DNA of 64,000 nt, taken from the NCBI GenBank assembly GCA_965153355.1, contig OZ231126.1, forward strand, positions 2,356,001-2,420,000, read 5' to 3'. The first letter of the stretch is position 1; every line of letters starts with the position of its first letter. Shown here one piece after another: positions 24,160 through 37,800 of this stretch. The DNA is from Flaccisagitta enflata (Eukaryota). The position numbers were made by a program, and so were the translations under genes. Under the pieces are notes generated by a model. It had not been told where the DNA came from, did no database searches, and was given only the letters and a program-made list of their open reading frames with translations.

Positions 24160-24850
24160 TCCCTCTCTGCTGCCTCTGCTGCCTCCGCCACCTCTGCCGC
24201 CTCTGCCGCTGCCACCTCTGCCACCTCTGCCACTAGCGCCTTTGCCACCTATGCCACCTATGCCGCTGCAACCTATGTTGCTGCTACTTCTGCCGCTGCC
24301 GCCTCTGCCGCTGCCGCCTCTGCCTCAGTCTTAGCCTTTGCCGCCTCTGCTGCCTCTACCACCTATGCCACCTCTGGCTCTGCCGCCTCAACCACCTCTG
24401 CCGCTGCCGCCTCTGCCACCTCTGCCCCTGCCACCTCTGCCGCCTCTGCTTTTGCCGCCTCTGCCACTGCCGCCTCTGCCGCCTCTGCCACTTCCGTCTC
24501 TGCCGCTGCCACCTCTGCCGCCTCTGCCGCCTCTGCCGCTGCTGCATTTGCCGCTGCCGCCTCTGCCGCCTCTGCCTCTGTCTTTGCCTCTGCCTCTGTC
24601 TTTGCCTCTGCCTCTGCCGCCTCTACCGCCTCTGCCGCCTCTGCCACCTCTGAAATCAGCGGCGACAGCGGCATTAGGAGAAGGCATTTGAGAAAGTGTT
24701 ACTGCTTTTGTTCTGCCCCTGCTGCTACTGCCGCCACCGCCGCCGCCACCACCGCCGCCGCCGCCGCCATCGCTGCCACCGCCGCCGCCGCCGCCGCCGC
24801 TGCTGCGGGGGAGCAGCAGAGCAAAGATTGATCTGCCGCTGCCTTTGCCA
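24160..24850. repeat. GC-rich low-complexity array (TCTGCCGCC/GCC)n
   Basis: 9-bp and 3-bp periodicity; gives spurious Ala/Pro/Arg-rich ORFs in several frames. Confidence 0.85.
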
Positions 24851-25489
24851 CTGCCGTAACCCCTATATTCTGGGTCCCAGAGGCTGACGAAGATTGTTCA
24901 CCTCCTATGAACGAACCAAGAATTGTCAAAAATGTGTGCAATGTTTTTTTTTGTTTTTTTTAGCATGGTTTTCTTAAAATACTTTAAATGACTCAAGATG
25001 ACTTGAAATACCTCATTATTACTTAAAATGACTTAAAAAGACTTAAAAAGACTTAAAATGCCTTAAACAGCTGAATTGACCAAATTGACTTAACGGACTT
25101 AATGTAGCTCCTTATGACTTAGACTGACCTAGAATGACTGAGAATAACTTAGGATGACTTAATATAATTTAAAATGACTGAAAATGACTTGAGATATAAT
25201 AAAAAAACTGGGGACTGTAATTTTTGAAGCTTTCTCATTGTGAAAACGCAACCCGAGAAGATACACGACAAAATAATTTGAAAAAAAAAATCATTCAATA
25301 TTGATTAAATGATAACGAAACTTGATAGTGATAACAAAGGTGGATGATGATGAAAACGATGAATGATAATGCCAATAAAAAAATTCAAAAAATATCTAAA
25401 AAAAAAAAAAAAACATCCAAAAACAAAGTTTTAAAACAAAAATTAAAAAAGAAAATGAAAAAAAAATGAAAAAAAAAAATTAGCAGTTC

Positions 25490-25800
25490 ATGATGTCATA
25501 CCTTGAAGTCCATGACGGCATACCTTGAAGTCCATGATGGCAAACCTTGAAGTCCATGATGGCATACTTTGAAGTCCATAATGGCATACCTTGAAGTCCA
25601 TGATGGCATACCTTGAAGTCCATGATGGCATACCTTGAAGTCCATGATGGCATACCTTGAAGTCCATGATGGCATACCTTGAAGTCCATGATGGCATACT
25701 TTGAGGTCCATGATGGCATTCCTTGAAGTCCATGATGGCATACCTTGAAGTCCATGATGGCATAACTTTATGTCCATGTTGGCATACCTTGAAGTCCATG
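25490..25800 (-). repeat. 22-bp satellite (GCCATCATGGACTTCAAGGTAT)n, reverse orientation
   Basis: Reverse complement of the arrays at 30110-30225 and 30982-32140. Confidence 0.95.
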
Positions 25801-26253
25801 ATGATGACAGTAGTTGTTGATGATGACAGTAGTTGATGATGATGACAGTAGTTGATGATGATGACGGTAGTTGATGATGATGACAGTAGTTGATGATGAT
25901 GACAGTAGTTGATGATGATGACAGTAGTTAATGATGATGATAGTAGTTGATGATTATGACAGTAGTTGATGATGATGACAGTAGTTGATGATGATGTCAG
26001 TAGTTGATGATGATATCAGTAGTTGATGATGATGACAGTAGTTGATGATGATGACAGTAGTTGATGATGATTACAGTAATTTATGAGGATGACAGTAGTT
26101 GATAATGATGACAGTAGTTGATAATGATGACAGTAGTTGATTATGATGAGTTGATGACAGTAGTTGATGATGATGACAGTAGTTGATGATGATGACAGTA
26201 GTTGATGATGATGACAGTAGTTGATGATGATGACAGTAGTTGATGATGATGAC

Positions 26254-27935
26254 CAGGGTGTCACAAAATTTTTTGCTTCCTATGAGCAAAAATTCTCCTA
26301 CTGTACCTTCCTATTGAAAATGCGTATGATTATCGCCGGTGAAATCAGCTACCAAATGATCCAGTGACCTAAAATACAGCCCCTGCCCACCAACACATGA
26401 CTGGGGTAGCCATGAATCCGGCCTTGTTTTTTTAAATAGCATTCTCACATAAGAGACATCATGATATAGTTCATGGAAAAGAAAAAATAGTATTTATAGT
26501 CACTTGCGCTTGTTTTGTTGGTCTGTCAGTAAGTAGAAATGAAGGTCTCGTAGTAAGAGACGGCGCACACTTTTGTCTTTTGTTTTTAGCGGTCAATCAC
26601 TCGAAAGCGGGTAACAAGTTAGGGTTAGGGGTAGGGTTAGTGTTAGGGTTAGGGATAAGGTCAGGGATAGTCTTAGGGATCGGGTTAGGGTTAGGGTTAG
26701 GGCTAGTGTTAGGGTTAGGGGTGTTTTAGAGCTTAATATCTTCTCGCCGATTGATTGTTTGCTCTGGCGGAATTTTCGGGAAACTCGAGTGCGATACTTC
26801 ATCTACAAAATGACCGAAATGAAATATTTTTGAATTATGATTTTTTTAGTCCTTTGATTTGAAAGGAAAGGAGGGAAGGTAGGAAGGAAGGAGGAGGGAA
26901 GGAAGCAATGGAAAGTAGGAAGGAATTGAAAGAAGGAAGGAGGACAGAAAGGGAGGGAGGAAGGAATATGAAGAAATGGTTAGAAGGAAGGATTTAAAGA
27001 GGGGAGGAAGTAACAGGAAAGAAGGGAAGTTAGGAAGAAAGAAAACAAGAATGAAAGGGAAGGACGGAATAGGAAGAAAATAATAGAAAAGCGGGAGGGA
27101 AGGATAGCAAGAAGAAGGGATCTAAGGAAGAAGGGAAGGAAGGGAAGAGGACAGAAAAGGAAGGAGGGAATAAGAAGAAAAGAATAGAAGGAAGGATGAA
27201 AAGAAGGGAGAAGGAGGGAAAGGAAGAAGGAAGGAGAGAAGGAAGGAAAAAATGAAGAGAGGAAGGAAGGAAGGAAGGAAGGAATCAAGAGGGGAGGAAG
27301 GAATAGGAAGAAAATAATAGAGGAAAGGATAGCAAGAAGAAAAGAAGGAAGGAGGGGAAGAAGGAAGAGAAGTAGAGATAGTAATCAATGAAATAATGTT
27401 CACTATCTTATTTTCCCCGGTTTTTTTTTTTTTTTAATCTTTTAAAAACTTTAGAATGTATTGTGAAAACAAACAAGGCCGAATACACGGCTACCAAAGT
27501 CGCGTGCGGGTGGGCAAGGGCCATATTTGAGGTCACTAGACCGTTTGGGTAGGAGCAGTGAGGTCAAAAAAATAAAATCATAAAAAAAATTAGAACTGCA
27601 CCAACTAACCAACCAACGGACGGATGGACAAAGCGGCTGGGAATCGTGTGCACGCGACTAAAACAATTTCAGGAGCTCCATTTAAAAAAACAACAACTTT
27701 GCCTTTTATTCATTTTCTAGCCTCTCCTCCCCATTCTTTTCCCTCCTTTTCTTCCTTCCTTACCCCCCCCCTTTCTCTCTCTTTCTCTTTCTCTTCCTTC
27801 CCTCCTTCCTTCCTTCCTTTTCCTCTTTTCCTCTTCTTCCTCTTTTTTCTCTTTCTCTCCTTCCTTCCCTTCCTACCAGCCTAGCTAGCTTCCTACGAGC
27901 GCCGCTCGCGTGCTCGGACACTTTGTGACACCCTG
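26254..27935. mobile_element. Non-autonomous hAT-like element (1.68 kb)
   Basis: Perfect 14-bp TIR CAGGGTGTCACAAA / TTTGTGACACCCTG and 8-bp TSD ATGATGAC; holds TTAGGG-like repeats, GA-rich and CT-rich tracts and a family-A copy. Confidence 0.9.
26618..26721 (+). repeat. Degenerate interstitial (TTAGGG)n
   Basis: About 17 hexamers including variants. Confidence 0.85.
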
Positions 27936-28074
27936 ATGATGACAGTAGTTGATGATGATGACAGTTATTGATAATGGTGATGGTAGTTGATGATGATGAC
28001 AGTAGTTGAAGATGAAATCCATGTTGGCAAGCCTGAAGAAAAAAAAATCAGAATTGATGAATGAGCAAGTTTGA

Positions 28075-28752
28075 TTTGTTTGTTTTGTTTGTTTTGTTTG
28101 TTTTTTGTTTTGTTTATTTGTTTATTTTGTTTGTTTTGTTTGTTTTGTTTGTTTTGTTTGTTTTGTTTGTTTTGTTTGTTTTGTTTGTTTTGTTTGTTTT
28201 GTTTGTTTTTTTTTTTTTTTGTTTGTTTTGTTTGTTTTGTTTGTTTTGTTTGTTTTGTTTGTTTTGTTTGTTTTGTTTGTTTTTTTTTTTTTGTTTTTTT
28301 TTTTTTTTTTTTTTTTTTTTTGTTTTTTTTTTTTTTTTTTTTTTTTGTTGTTTTGTTTGTTTTGTTTGTTTTGTTTGTTTTGTTTGTTTTGTTTGTTTTG
28401 TTTGTTTTGTTTGTTTTGTTTGTTTGTTTGTTTTGTTTTTTTGTTGGTTTTGTTGGTTTTGTTGGTTTTGTTTGTTTTGTTTGTTTTGTTTGTCTTGTTT
28501 GTTTTGTTTGTTTTGTTTTTTGTTTTTTGTTTTTTGTTTTTTTGTTTTTTGTTTTTTTGTTTTTTTGTTCTTTTGTTCTTTTGTTCTTTTGTTTTTTTTG
28601 TTTTTTGTGTTTTGTGTTTTGTTTGTTTTGTTTGTTTTGTTCGTTTTGTTTGTTTTGTTTGTTTTGTTTGTTTTGTTTGTTTTGTTTGTTTTGTTTGTTT
28701 TGTTTGTTTTGTTTGTTTTGTTTGTTTTGTTTGTTTGTTTTGTTTGTTTTGT
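28075..28752. repeat. (TTTGTTTTG)n low-complexity array
   Basis: 9-bp periodicity with poly-T stretches. Confidence 0.95.
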
Positions 28753-29629
28753 CCCAACTTTAGACTCGTCAACATGCTCTCATCTAAAACAATGCGCTTC
28801 CGGTATGAAGCTCAACTTGAAGTGGCCCAACGGCAATACCGTCAGCAATGACAGCACCATGTGGAACTACATCAGGAACGCCTTTAGCATCAATCTCAAG
28901 GGACAATTGAAGATCGCGTCTTTCAAGAATACCAAAGTTGTTTATGTAGCAAAATTTAGGCGGGTTTGGTGGCGGTGGTAGTGGTTGTATTGGTGGTATT
29001 AGCAGTAGCAGTGGGAGCGTTTGAAGCAGTTGTGTAACTGTTAGAATAGCAAAGGAAAGCTGTCAAATATCTATGTAGCTAATATTATGTAGCAGCTGAT
29101 TCTACTTTTGATTGCATATTCTAGGCATCTTCACAACAAAGAATCATTTTAATCCATTTTGTTTTATCGACAAAAAGTCACATGACAAATTCCATTCTGT
29201 CAATAAAAACAAAAAAAGTGGTAAGCATACCGAACAAAATTCAGCAAAAGCTGATGTTTACCATGCTGATAACAAGATCAATATCAATTGCTTCTTTTAT
29301 TCTTAAATGCAAAGAAATCATTTCATTTTTTCTGATGCGTTCTTGCATCACTTTAAGAGATTGTGCCTGTAGGTAGATACTTAGCTACAGTGAGACGTAA
29401 AAAAAAAGTTTCAAGGTTTGTCATCTGTGTTCAATTTAGTAGTCAGGGGGGTGAACGCCACAGATTTTTTAGCACTTTTTAGCGCGTTTTTAGCACCGAG
29501 ACTTTGGCGTTTTTCCGACTTTTCCTTTTTGTTGAAGTTGATTACCCGTCGACGCGAACCCTGTCCCAACGCGAGGGGCTTCATTTATCACCTTTTTCCG
29601 TGAAAAATGAGCCGCGGAAATTTTCCGCT

Positions 29630-30800
29630 TGAAAAGTTAGAGTTCGAATTCTAATTGTTAGAATTCAAACTCTAACTTTTAGAATTCGAATTCTAATTGT
29701 TAGAGCTCGGGTTTGAACTCTAACTTTTAGAGTTCGAACTTGAATTCTAATTTTTAGAGTTCAAGTTTGAACTCTAATATTTAGAATTCGAATTCTAATT
29801 TTTAGAATTCGAGCTTGAACTCTAATTTTTAGAATTCGAATTCTAATTTTTAGAATTAGAGCTTGAACTCTAATTTTTAGAATTCGAATTCTAATTTTTA
29901 GAATTCAAGCTTGAACTCTAATTTTCAGTATTCAAATTCTAACTTTTAGAATTCGACTTCTATTTTTAGAATTCAGGCTTGAACTCTAGTTTTGGGAATT
30001 CGATTTCTGATTTTTAGAATTCAAGTATGGACCCTAATTTTTAGAATTCGAATTCTGATTTGTCTAATTGAAGCTTGAACTCTAATTTTCAGAATTCATT
30101 TTCTAACCCCGAGGTACGCCATCATGGACTTCAAGGTATGCCATCATGGACTTCAAGGTACACCATCATGGACTTCAAGGTACGCCATCATGGACTTTGA
30201 GGTATGCCCTCATGGACTTCAAGGTATTCGATCTTTGATCGCGCAGGTGGAGTACGCCGTCTTCTGCGAAATTTATGACATTTTAAGCTGGCGCTCGAAT
30301 TGGACTCTAAAAGTTAAGAGTCAAACTCGAAAAGTTGGAGTCTAAAAGTTAGTCAAATTTTTAGACTCTAACTTTTTGAGTTTGACTCTAACTTTTAGAG
30401 TCTAAAAGTTAGTCAAATTTTTAGACTTTTTGAGTTTGACTCTAACTTTTAGAGTCTAAAAGTTAGAGTCGAATTTTTAGACTCTAACTTTTAGTCTAAA
30501 AGTTGGAGTCTAAAAATTCGACTCTAACTTTTAGAGTCTAAAAATTAGAGTCAAAATTTTAGACTCTTTAACTTTTCAAGTTGGACTCTAACTTTCAGAG
30601 TCTAAAAATAAGAGTCGAATTTTTGGACTACCTTTCAGAGTCAAAACCTTAGTCGAATTTTTAGACTCTTAATAATCGAGTTGGACTCTAACTCTCTGAG
30701 TTTGATTCTAACTTTTCGAGTTTTACTCACTATTTGAGTTTGACTCAAACTGTACTCGAGTTCGACTCCGATTGCTTTCTAGTTTGACTCCAAATGTATT
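29630..30800. repeat. Two palindromic ~20-27-bp satellites (TTAGAATTCGAATTCTAA-type; GACTCTAACTTTTAGAGTC-type)
   Basis: Tandem self-complementary units at 29630-30105 and 30300-30800, separated by five 22-bp satellite units. Confidence 0.85.
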
Positions 30801-30981
30801 TGAGTTAAATTCAACTGTCTGACTGCAACTAATTGAGCGCAATAATTGTTTATCTCGATGCTAGTAATTGATATCTATTCCTAAATTGAAAGTAGACTCA
30901 TGTTCTTGACTTTTTGACCACGTAAAACCGATTATTTGACACGGTCTGTGTGGTTGTAAATTCTGTCTTTTAGAGACTTAT

Positions 30982-32140
30982 ATGCCATCATGGACTTCAA
31001 GGTGTGCCCTCATGGACCTCAAGGTATGCCATCATGGACTTCAAGGTATGCCATCATCGACTTCAAGGTACGCCATCATCGACTTCAAGGTACGCCATCA
31101 TCGACTTCAAGGTACGCCATCATGGACTTCAAGGTACGCCATCATGGACTTCAAGGTATGCCATCATGGACTTCAAGGTATGCCATCATGGACTTCAAGG
31201 TATGCCATCATGGACTTCAAGGTATGCCATCATGGACTTCAAGGTATGCCATCATGGACTTCAAGGTATGCCATCATGGACTTCAAGGTATGCCATCATG
31301 GACTTCAAGTATGCCACCATCATGGACTTCCAAGGTATGCCATCATGGACTTCCAAGGTATGCCATCATGGACTTCAAGGTATGCCATCATGGACTTCAA
31401 GGTATGCCATCATGGACTTCAAGGTATGCCATCATAGACTTCAAGGTATGCCATCATAGACTTCAAGGTATGCCATCATGGACTTCAAGGTATGCCATCA
31501 TAGACTTCAAGGTATGCCATCATAGACTTCAAGGTATGCCATCATGGACTTCAAGGTATGCCATCATGGACTTCAAGGTATGCCATCATGGACTTCAAGG
31601 TATGCCATCATGGACTTCAAGGTATGCCATCATGGACTTCAAGGTATGCCATCATGGACTTCAAGGTATGCCATCATGGACTTCAAGGTATGCCATCATG
31701 GACTTCAAGGTATGCTATCATGGACTTTCAGGTATGCATCATCATGGACTTCAAGGTATGCCATCATGGACTTCAAGGGTATGCCATCATGGACTTCAAG
31801 GTATGCCATCATGGACTTCAAATGTACATCATGGACTTCAAGGTATGCCATCATGGACTTCAAGGTATGCCATCATGGACTTCAAGGTATGCCATCATGG
31901 ACTTCAAGGTATGCCATCATGGACTTCAAGGTATGCCATCATGGACTTCAAGGTATGCCATCATGGACTTCAAGGTATGCCATCATGGACTTCAAGGTAT
32001 GCCATCATGGACTTCAAGGTATGCCATCATGGACTTCAAGGTATGCCATCATGGACTTCAAGGTATGCCATCATGGACTTTAAGGTATGCCATCATGGAC
32101 CTCAAAGTATGCCATCATGGACCTCAAGGTATGCCGTCAT
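30982..32140 (+). repeat. 22-bp satellite (GCCATCATGGACTTCAAGGTAT)n, ~52 copies
   Basis: Highly homogeneous tandem array; decayed copies at ~34335-34450 and ~34620-34780. Confidence 0.97.
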
Positions 32141-33092
32141 AGAGTTGTCAACAAAAACAGAATAAGTTTTTGAAACCATTTCCAGAGACCAATTTCTGTA
32201 ATCATCTCTGCAGAATACTGGTAAAAATGTTTCATGCATTCAGAAATAAGATCATTTAAAACAAGGTCAACAAACCTTAGTCGCGTGGTAATAAGGGTAA
32301 TAAAGGTAATTAAGGTAATAAAGGTAATTAAGGTAATAAAGATAATGAAGATAACTTAGTACCTATATCTTCCTATAATTACCCACATTTACCTACAACT
32401 ACCTGTAAATACCTATAATTACCTACTATTACATTAAATTACCATAAATTATCTATAATCACCTATAATTACCCATTATTTCCTATATTTCCTACAATTA
32501 CCTCAATTTATAGTCCGAGACAACTTTTCTGACTTACATGACACAGATTACTAAAATACCTATATTTACCTCTAATTACCTAAAATTACCTAAAATTACC
32601 TACAATTACCAAAAATTACCTATAAATCCCTTTATAACCTTCAATAACCTTTAAAACGACTATAAAGCCTATATTTCAAAAAAGTTACGGACAGACAGAC
32701 CAACCGACCGACCGACCGACCGACCGACATAGCAGCTTCTAGAGTCGCGTTCACGCGACTAAAAATGTGAAATAGTTTCTAAATGTTAGAATTTTAATTC
32801 AAATTTTTTTCAATTCAAGCTCTAATTCCAATTCTAATTTTTTAAAAATCGAGCTTAATCCTTGAATATAAAATCCAGATTTCATGTTTAATTTTTAGGA
32901 ATTTGTATTCTGATTTTAAGATATTGACTGATATTTTTAAAATTTGAAATCTGATTTTTAGTTAGCTTCGCGACACCTGGTTATGTTTGACTAGTTAAGT
33001 ATTTATTAGCTTTGTGAGCTCACTGCTCCTGCCCATTTGCATGTGAGAGGCGTAGCCATGTATCCAGCCTTGTTAAAATTCAAATTCTAATA

Positions 33093-33700
33093 CTATCTTG
33101 GTCAAATTAAGTCCTCGCAATTGAATTTAGTTCTTAAACTTTGAAGATTGATCAGAAAAACCTGTTTTCTTCTTATAGAAATTTATTTTAGCGTATTTTG
33201 GCATTAGATATAGCTTTTATAGTGATTGTTATTGTCTCATATAGCAGCGTTACTGATTTGCATGTGACTGGTTTCTCATCTCTTTTATCTGTTTTTGCCA
33301 CTTTGGTTTTATGATGAGGCTTGTACTAATTCTGTTGGAAATTCTAAATGATTTGAGCTAATGAGCTCTACTTGGTGGCAAATAAAAGCTCTTTTGAAGT
33401 TCTTTACAGCGGTCATCGATTTTCTTATGTGTCTATAATTTCTATGTATAGAAAATATCCAAATAAAACTGCTGGAATTTCAAAAATGGAAATCATTGAT
33501 ATTTACCTTAGAGATCAAAATGAATCATTCTACTATTTCTGCTGTAAAATCTAAAAGAGTTGAGCTACAGAGGTCTGCTTAGTGGCGTTAGATTGCATTT
33601 TCGCATAGCTTTCCAGTGGTCACCAATTTCTATATGTTTTGTTGATTAATCTGGCCACAATGTAAGAAAACATGCCGGACTCTTAATTTGACCAAGATAG
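33093..33700. mobile_element. TA-flanked MITE with CTATCTTGG termini (608 bp)
   Basis: TIR CTATCTTGGTCAAATTAAG / CTTAATTTGACCAAGATAG; TA flanks. Confidence 0.85.
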
Positions 33701-33702
33701 TA

Positions 33703-34313
33703 CTACCTAGGAAATAAATATAGCACCAACTTCAACTTAAAATATCTCCGCTTCAAGAAACGCTAGATACTTTTTTAAAAAAAGAAATTAATCTACATCG
33801 AAAGATCTTTAAGATGAGTGCAATCTGGTACCTGTACCTTTTTTTGTTTAAAAATGACAATAAAAAGAGTGAAAACAGTCACTTCGGAATTTGCAAAATT
33901 TTTGATCAAGTAAGAATGAGGGTAAATTAGTGACATCTTCAATTTAGATTATCTCGGCTTCCAGAAATGCTAGAGAGTTTTAAAAAAAAAAGCAAATTAA
34001 TCTATGTCAAAAAATCTACAAGATGAGCGCAATCTGGCTGCTGTAGCTTTTTCCGTTTAGAAATGACATGCAAAAAAGTAAAACCATATCTTTAAATAAT
34101 CAATCTTTCAATTGTCCATCAAAAGCAGTGGAACTACAGTATGATTATAAGTAAATAATGGTTTACAAATTGCCTCCCAGAGATGAAATTGGATAATTCA
34201 GTTAAGAAAAAGGTTATATGAAATACAAATACTTTCAGCGGAATGTTTCATATGATATTAGGATGAAAAATTGAACTATCCCTTGGTTGGTGCTATAATT
34301 ATTTCCTAGGTAG
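33703..34313. mobile_element. TA-flanked MITE with CTACCTAGG termini (611 bp), abutting the previous one
   Basis: TIR CTACCTAGGAAATAA..ATAGCACCAAC / GTTGGTGCTAT..TTATTTCCTAGGTAG; shares the TA at 33701-33702. Confidence 0.85.
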
Positions 34314-34849
34314 TACTTAGAATTCAAGTTTGTGTCTTTGATATGCCATCAATAACTTCCAGGTATGCCATCAACAATTACAAGATATGCCAATTACAAC
34401 TTTATGTTATGGCTGGTATACCATCAATGATGTCAATTGTCAAAGTATACCATCAATAGAGCACTGATAGAGCGCACAAGCTAATAAGGCACCTGTAAGG
34501 CATACAATTCGCTGTCCCATGAGCAATTTTTTAGTTATTTTTATATTGGCAATGAGGCAGCTACATTATAAGGCATAATTTTGCACAGTCCCCTGAAATG
34601 TGTCTAGTGAGGTTCAACTGTATGCTTATCACGACTTCATGGTGTGCCATCGACGATTCCAAGATGTGCTTTATACAATTTTCAAGGTATGACACTAACA
34701 ATGTCAACATCTTCCAATTACAATTTTATGGTATGCCCTCAATGATTTTTAAGTATGCCAATTACGACTTCAGGGGGTTACAGGTTTTTTTTCATTAGAA
34801 GCTAGATTTTTTTTGTAATGATCTCCAGAAAAAAAATTGTATCTCTACC

Positions 34850-37800
34850 TATTTCCGGACGCAGGTTTCTGCATTTGCTTCTGTTCAGGAAATTCAGGCA
34901 TGCCAACAAATATAATTACAGAAATCATTTTTATTTTTAGAAAAAAATGCAGAAACCAATTCAAATCATTTCTGCATTAATTCCTCTTTTCTAAGCCCAT
35001 TATATGTACTCTGAAATATTTACAGAAATGAGAATTTATTTCTAGAACTATTCAAAGACATATCTCCCATTTCTGAATATAAAATCCCCCTGTAAACCCC
35101 TACCTTATTAGCCCCTCCCAATCTAGGAACTTGACTCTGTAAACAAATTTTGAATTGCAGAAATAAACTCAGAAATAAAATCATTTCTGTAATCATCCCT
35201 GCTCTATAAGCTGACACATTATTTAGAGAAATGATTTTATTTCTGTGTTTATTTCTGTAAAATGAAAATGAGTGTAATTATGCCCATTTCTAGGATCAAG
35301 TTCCTGGATTGGGAGGGGCCATAAAGGTAGGGGTTTATTGGGGGATTTAGTCATCAGAAATGAAATCCATTTCTGCAATTGTTTCTAAAAACGCAACCAG
35401 TTTTCTGAAGTTGTTTCTGTAATGATAAAAAACCTTCAAATCAATTCTGCATTAGTTTCTCTTTTCTAAGCCTATCCTATTATTTCCTGAAATAGTTACT
35501 GAAATGAGAATCTATTTCCAGAAATAATCACAGAAATATTTCCCATTTCTGTACATTAAATCCCCCTGTAAACCCCTACCTTATTAGCCCCTCCCAATCT
35601 AGGAACTTGACCCTGTAAACGAATTTTGAATTGCAGAAATAAACTTAGAAATAAAATCATTTCTGTAATTATTGCTGTTCTATAAGGTGACACACTATTT
35701 AAAGAAATGATTTTATTTCTGGGTTTATTTCTGTAAATGAATGAGTGTATGACCATGTAAATGAATTTTCAATTGCAGAAATAAACTCAGAAATGAAATC
35801 ATTTCTGTAATCATCCCTGTTCTATAAGGTGACACACTATTTACAGAAATGATTTTATTTCTGTGTTTATTTCTGTCAATGAAAATGAGTGTCATTATGC
35901 CCATTTCTAGGATCAAGTTCCTAGATTGGGAGGGGCTATAAAGGTAGGGGTTTATTGCAGGGTTGGAAGGGTGGATTAATCCATTTGAAAAAATCCTGGA
36001 TTAATCCAAATGGATAAAATGGATTTTTTCAAAAAAATTTTTGAAAAAATCTGGATTTTTTCAAATTTTTAAATTTTTTTTTGCAAAAATGACCCAACCT
36101 CTAAGGAAGATATTTTTCAATGATTTCAAGTCCTGAATTATTTTCTCACAGATTTTTTTCTGTCTTTGAACGTAAGAGGGCTTTTGTTTTTGAGAAACTT
36201 TCTCTTGGCCTAAAGCATCTCGAACTCTGTGTGATTGAATCCAGGATACAGTAGAACGCTAGCAATCAATTTTATGAATCACATTTTTTCAAGAATGCGC
36301 CATGCATATTATCATATTAAATAGTTTTATTAAAATTATGTGTATCCTTTTATCATATCTAGGTGTACGTAATTTTTGCAGAAATACATCTTTGAACCGG
36401 AATAACCAGGTGTGAAAAACATTTCCACTGTTGCCTGTTGAACTGCTCTATATTCATTTTATTAATCATTTATCTGTCACTTATCACATTTAATCATTGT
36501 ATGCCCTATATCAATATCATAACCAGTAGTTAATCACATCTTATGGCGCATTTTTGAAAAAATCCACCGATTGAAAAAATCCACGATTTTATCCGGATTA
36601 ATCCAAAATGGATTAATCCAAATGGATTTTTTCAAATAGAATGGATTTTTTAACAACCCTGGTTTATTGGGGGATTTAGTAATCAGAAATGAAATCCATT
36701 TCTGTAGTTATTCCTAGAAATGAGACCAGATCTCTGTTGTTGTTTCTGTAATGAAAAAAAAACCTTCAAATCAATTCTGCATTAGTTTCTCTTTTCTAAG
36801 CCTATTCTATTATTTCCAGAAATAGTCACAGAAATGAGATTCTATTTCCAGAAATAATCACAGAAATATTTCCCATTCCTGTACATTGAATCCCCCTAAA
36901 AACCCCTACCTTATTAGCCCCTCCCAATCAAGGAACTTTACCCTGTAAACGAATTTTCAATTGTAGAAATAAACTCAGAAATAAAATCATTTCTGTAATT
37001 ATTGCTGTTCTATAAGGTGACACACTATTTACAGAAATGATTTTATTTCTGTGTTTATTTCTGTAAATAAAAATGAGTGTATGACCATGTAAATGGATTT
37101 TCAATTGCAGAAATGAACTCAGAAATGAAATCATTTCTGTAATCATCCCTGTTCTATATGGTGACACACTATTTGCAGAAATGATTTTATTTCTGTGTTT
37201 ATTTCTGTAAATGAAAATGAGTGCCCATTTCTAGGAACAAGTTCCTGGATTGGGAGGGGCTATAAAGGTAGGGGTTTATTGGGGGATTTAGTCATCAGAA
37301 ATGAAATCCATTTCTGCAATTGTTTCTAAAAACGCAACCAGTTTTCTGAAGTTGTTTCTGTAATGATAAAAAACCTTCAAATCAATTCTGCATTAGTTTC
37401 TCTTTTCTAAGCCTATCCTATTATTTCCTGAAATAGTTACAGAAATGAGAATCTATTTCCAGAAATAATCACAGAAATATTTCCCATTTCTGTACATTAA
37501 ATCCCCCTGTAAACCCCTACCTTATTAGCCCCTCCCAATCTAGGAACTTGACCCTGTAAACGAATTTTGAATTGCAGAAATGAACTTAGAAATAAAATCG
37601 TTTCTGTAATTATTGCTTTTCTATAAGGTGACACACTATTTAAAGAAATGATTTTATTTCTGTGTTTATTTCTGTAAATGAATGAGTGTATGACCATGTA
37701 AATGAATTTTCAATTGCAGAAATAAACTCAGAAATGAAATCATTTCTGTAATCATCCCTGTTCTATAAGGTGACACACTATTAACAGAAATGATTTTATT

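Larger units (their letters stand above)
25800..28015. repeat. 18-bp satellite (GATGATGACAGTAGTTGAT-type) split by a hAT-like insertion
   Basis: Array runs 25800-26253 and resumes at 27936. Confidence 0.9.

Noticed and set aside
24142-24831. 229-aa Ala-rich ORF (antifreeze- or silk-like)
   Set aside because: Low-complexity GCC/TCT repeat open in most frames, no ATG start or clear splice context.
28061-28981. 306-aa Phe/Val/Leu-rich ORF
   Set aside because: Mostly TTTG repeat; the unique tail (28763-28981) matches no family I recognise.
30982-32165. 391-aa and overlapping MDFKVCHHGLQGMPSWTSRYAI ORFs; CRISPR-like regularity
   Set aside because: Pure 22-bp tandem repeat read through all frames; no unique spacers and no cas genes.
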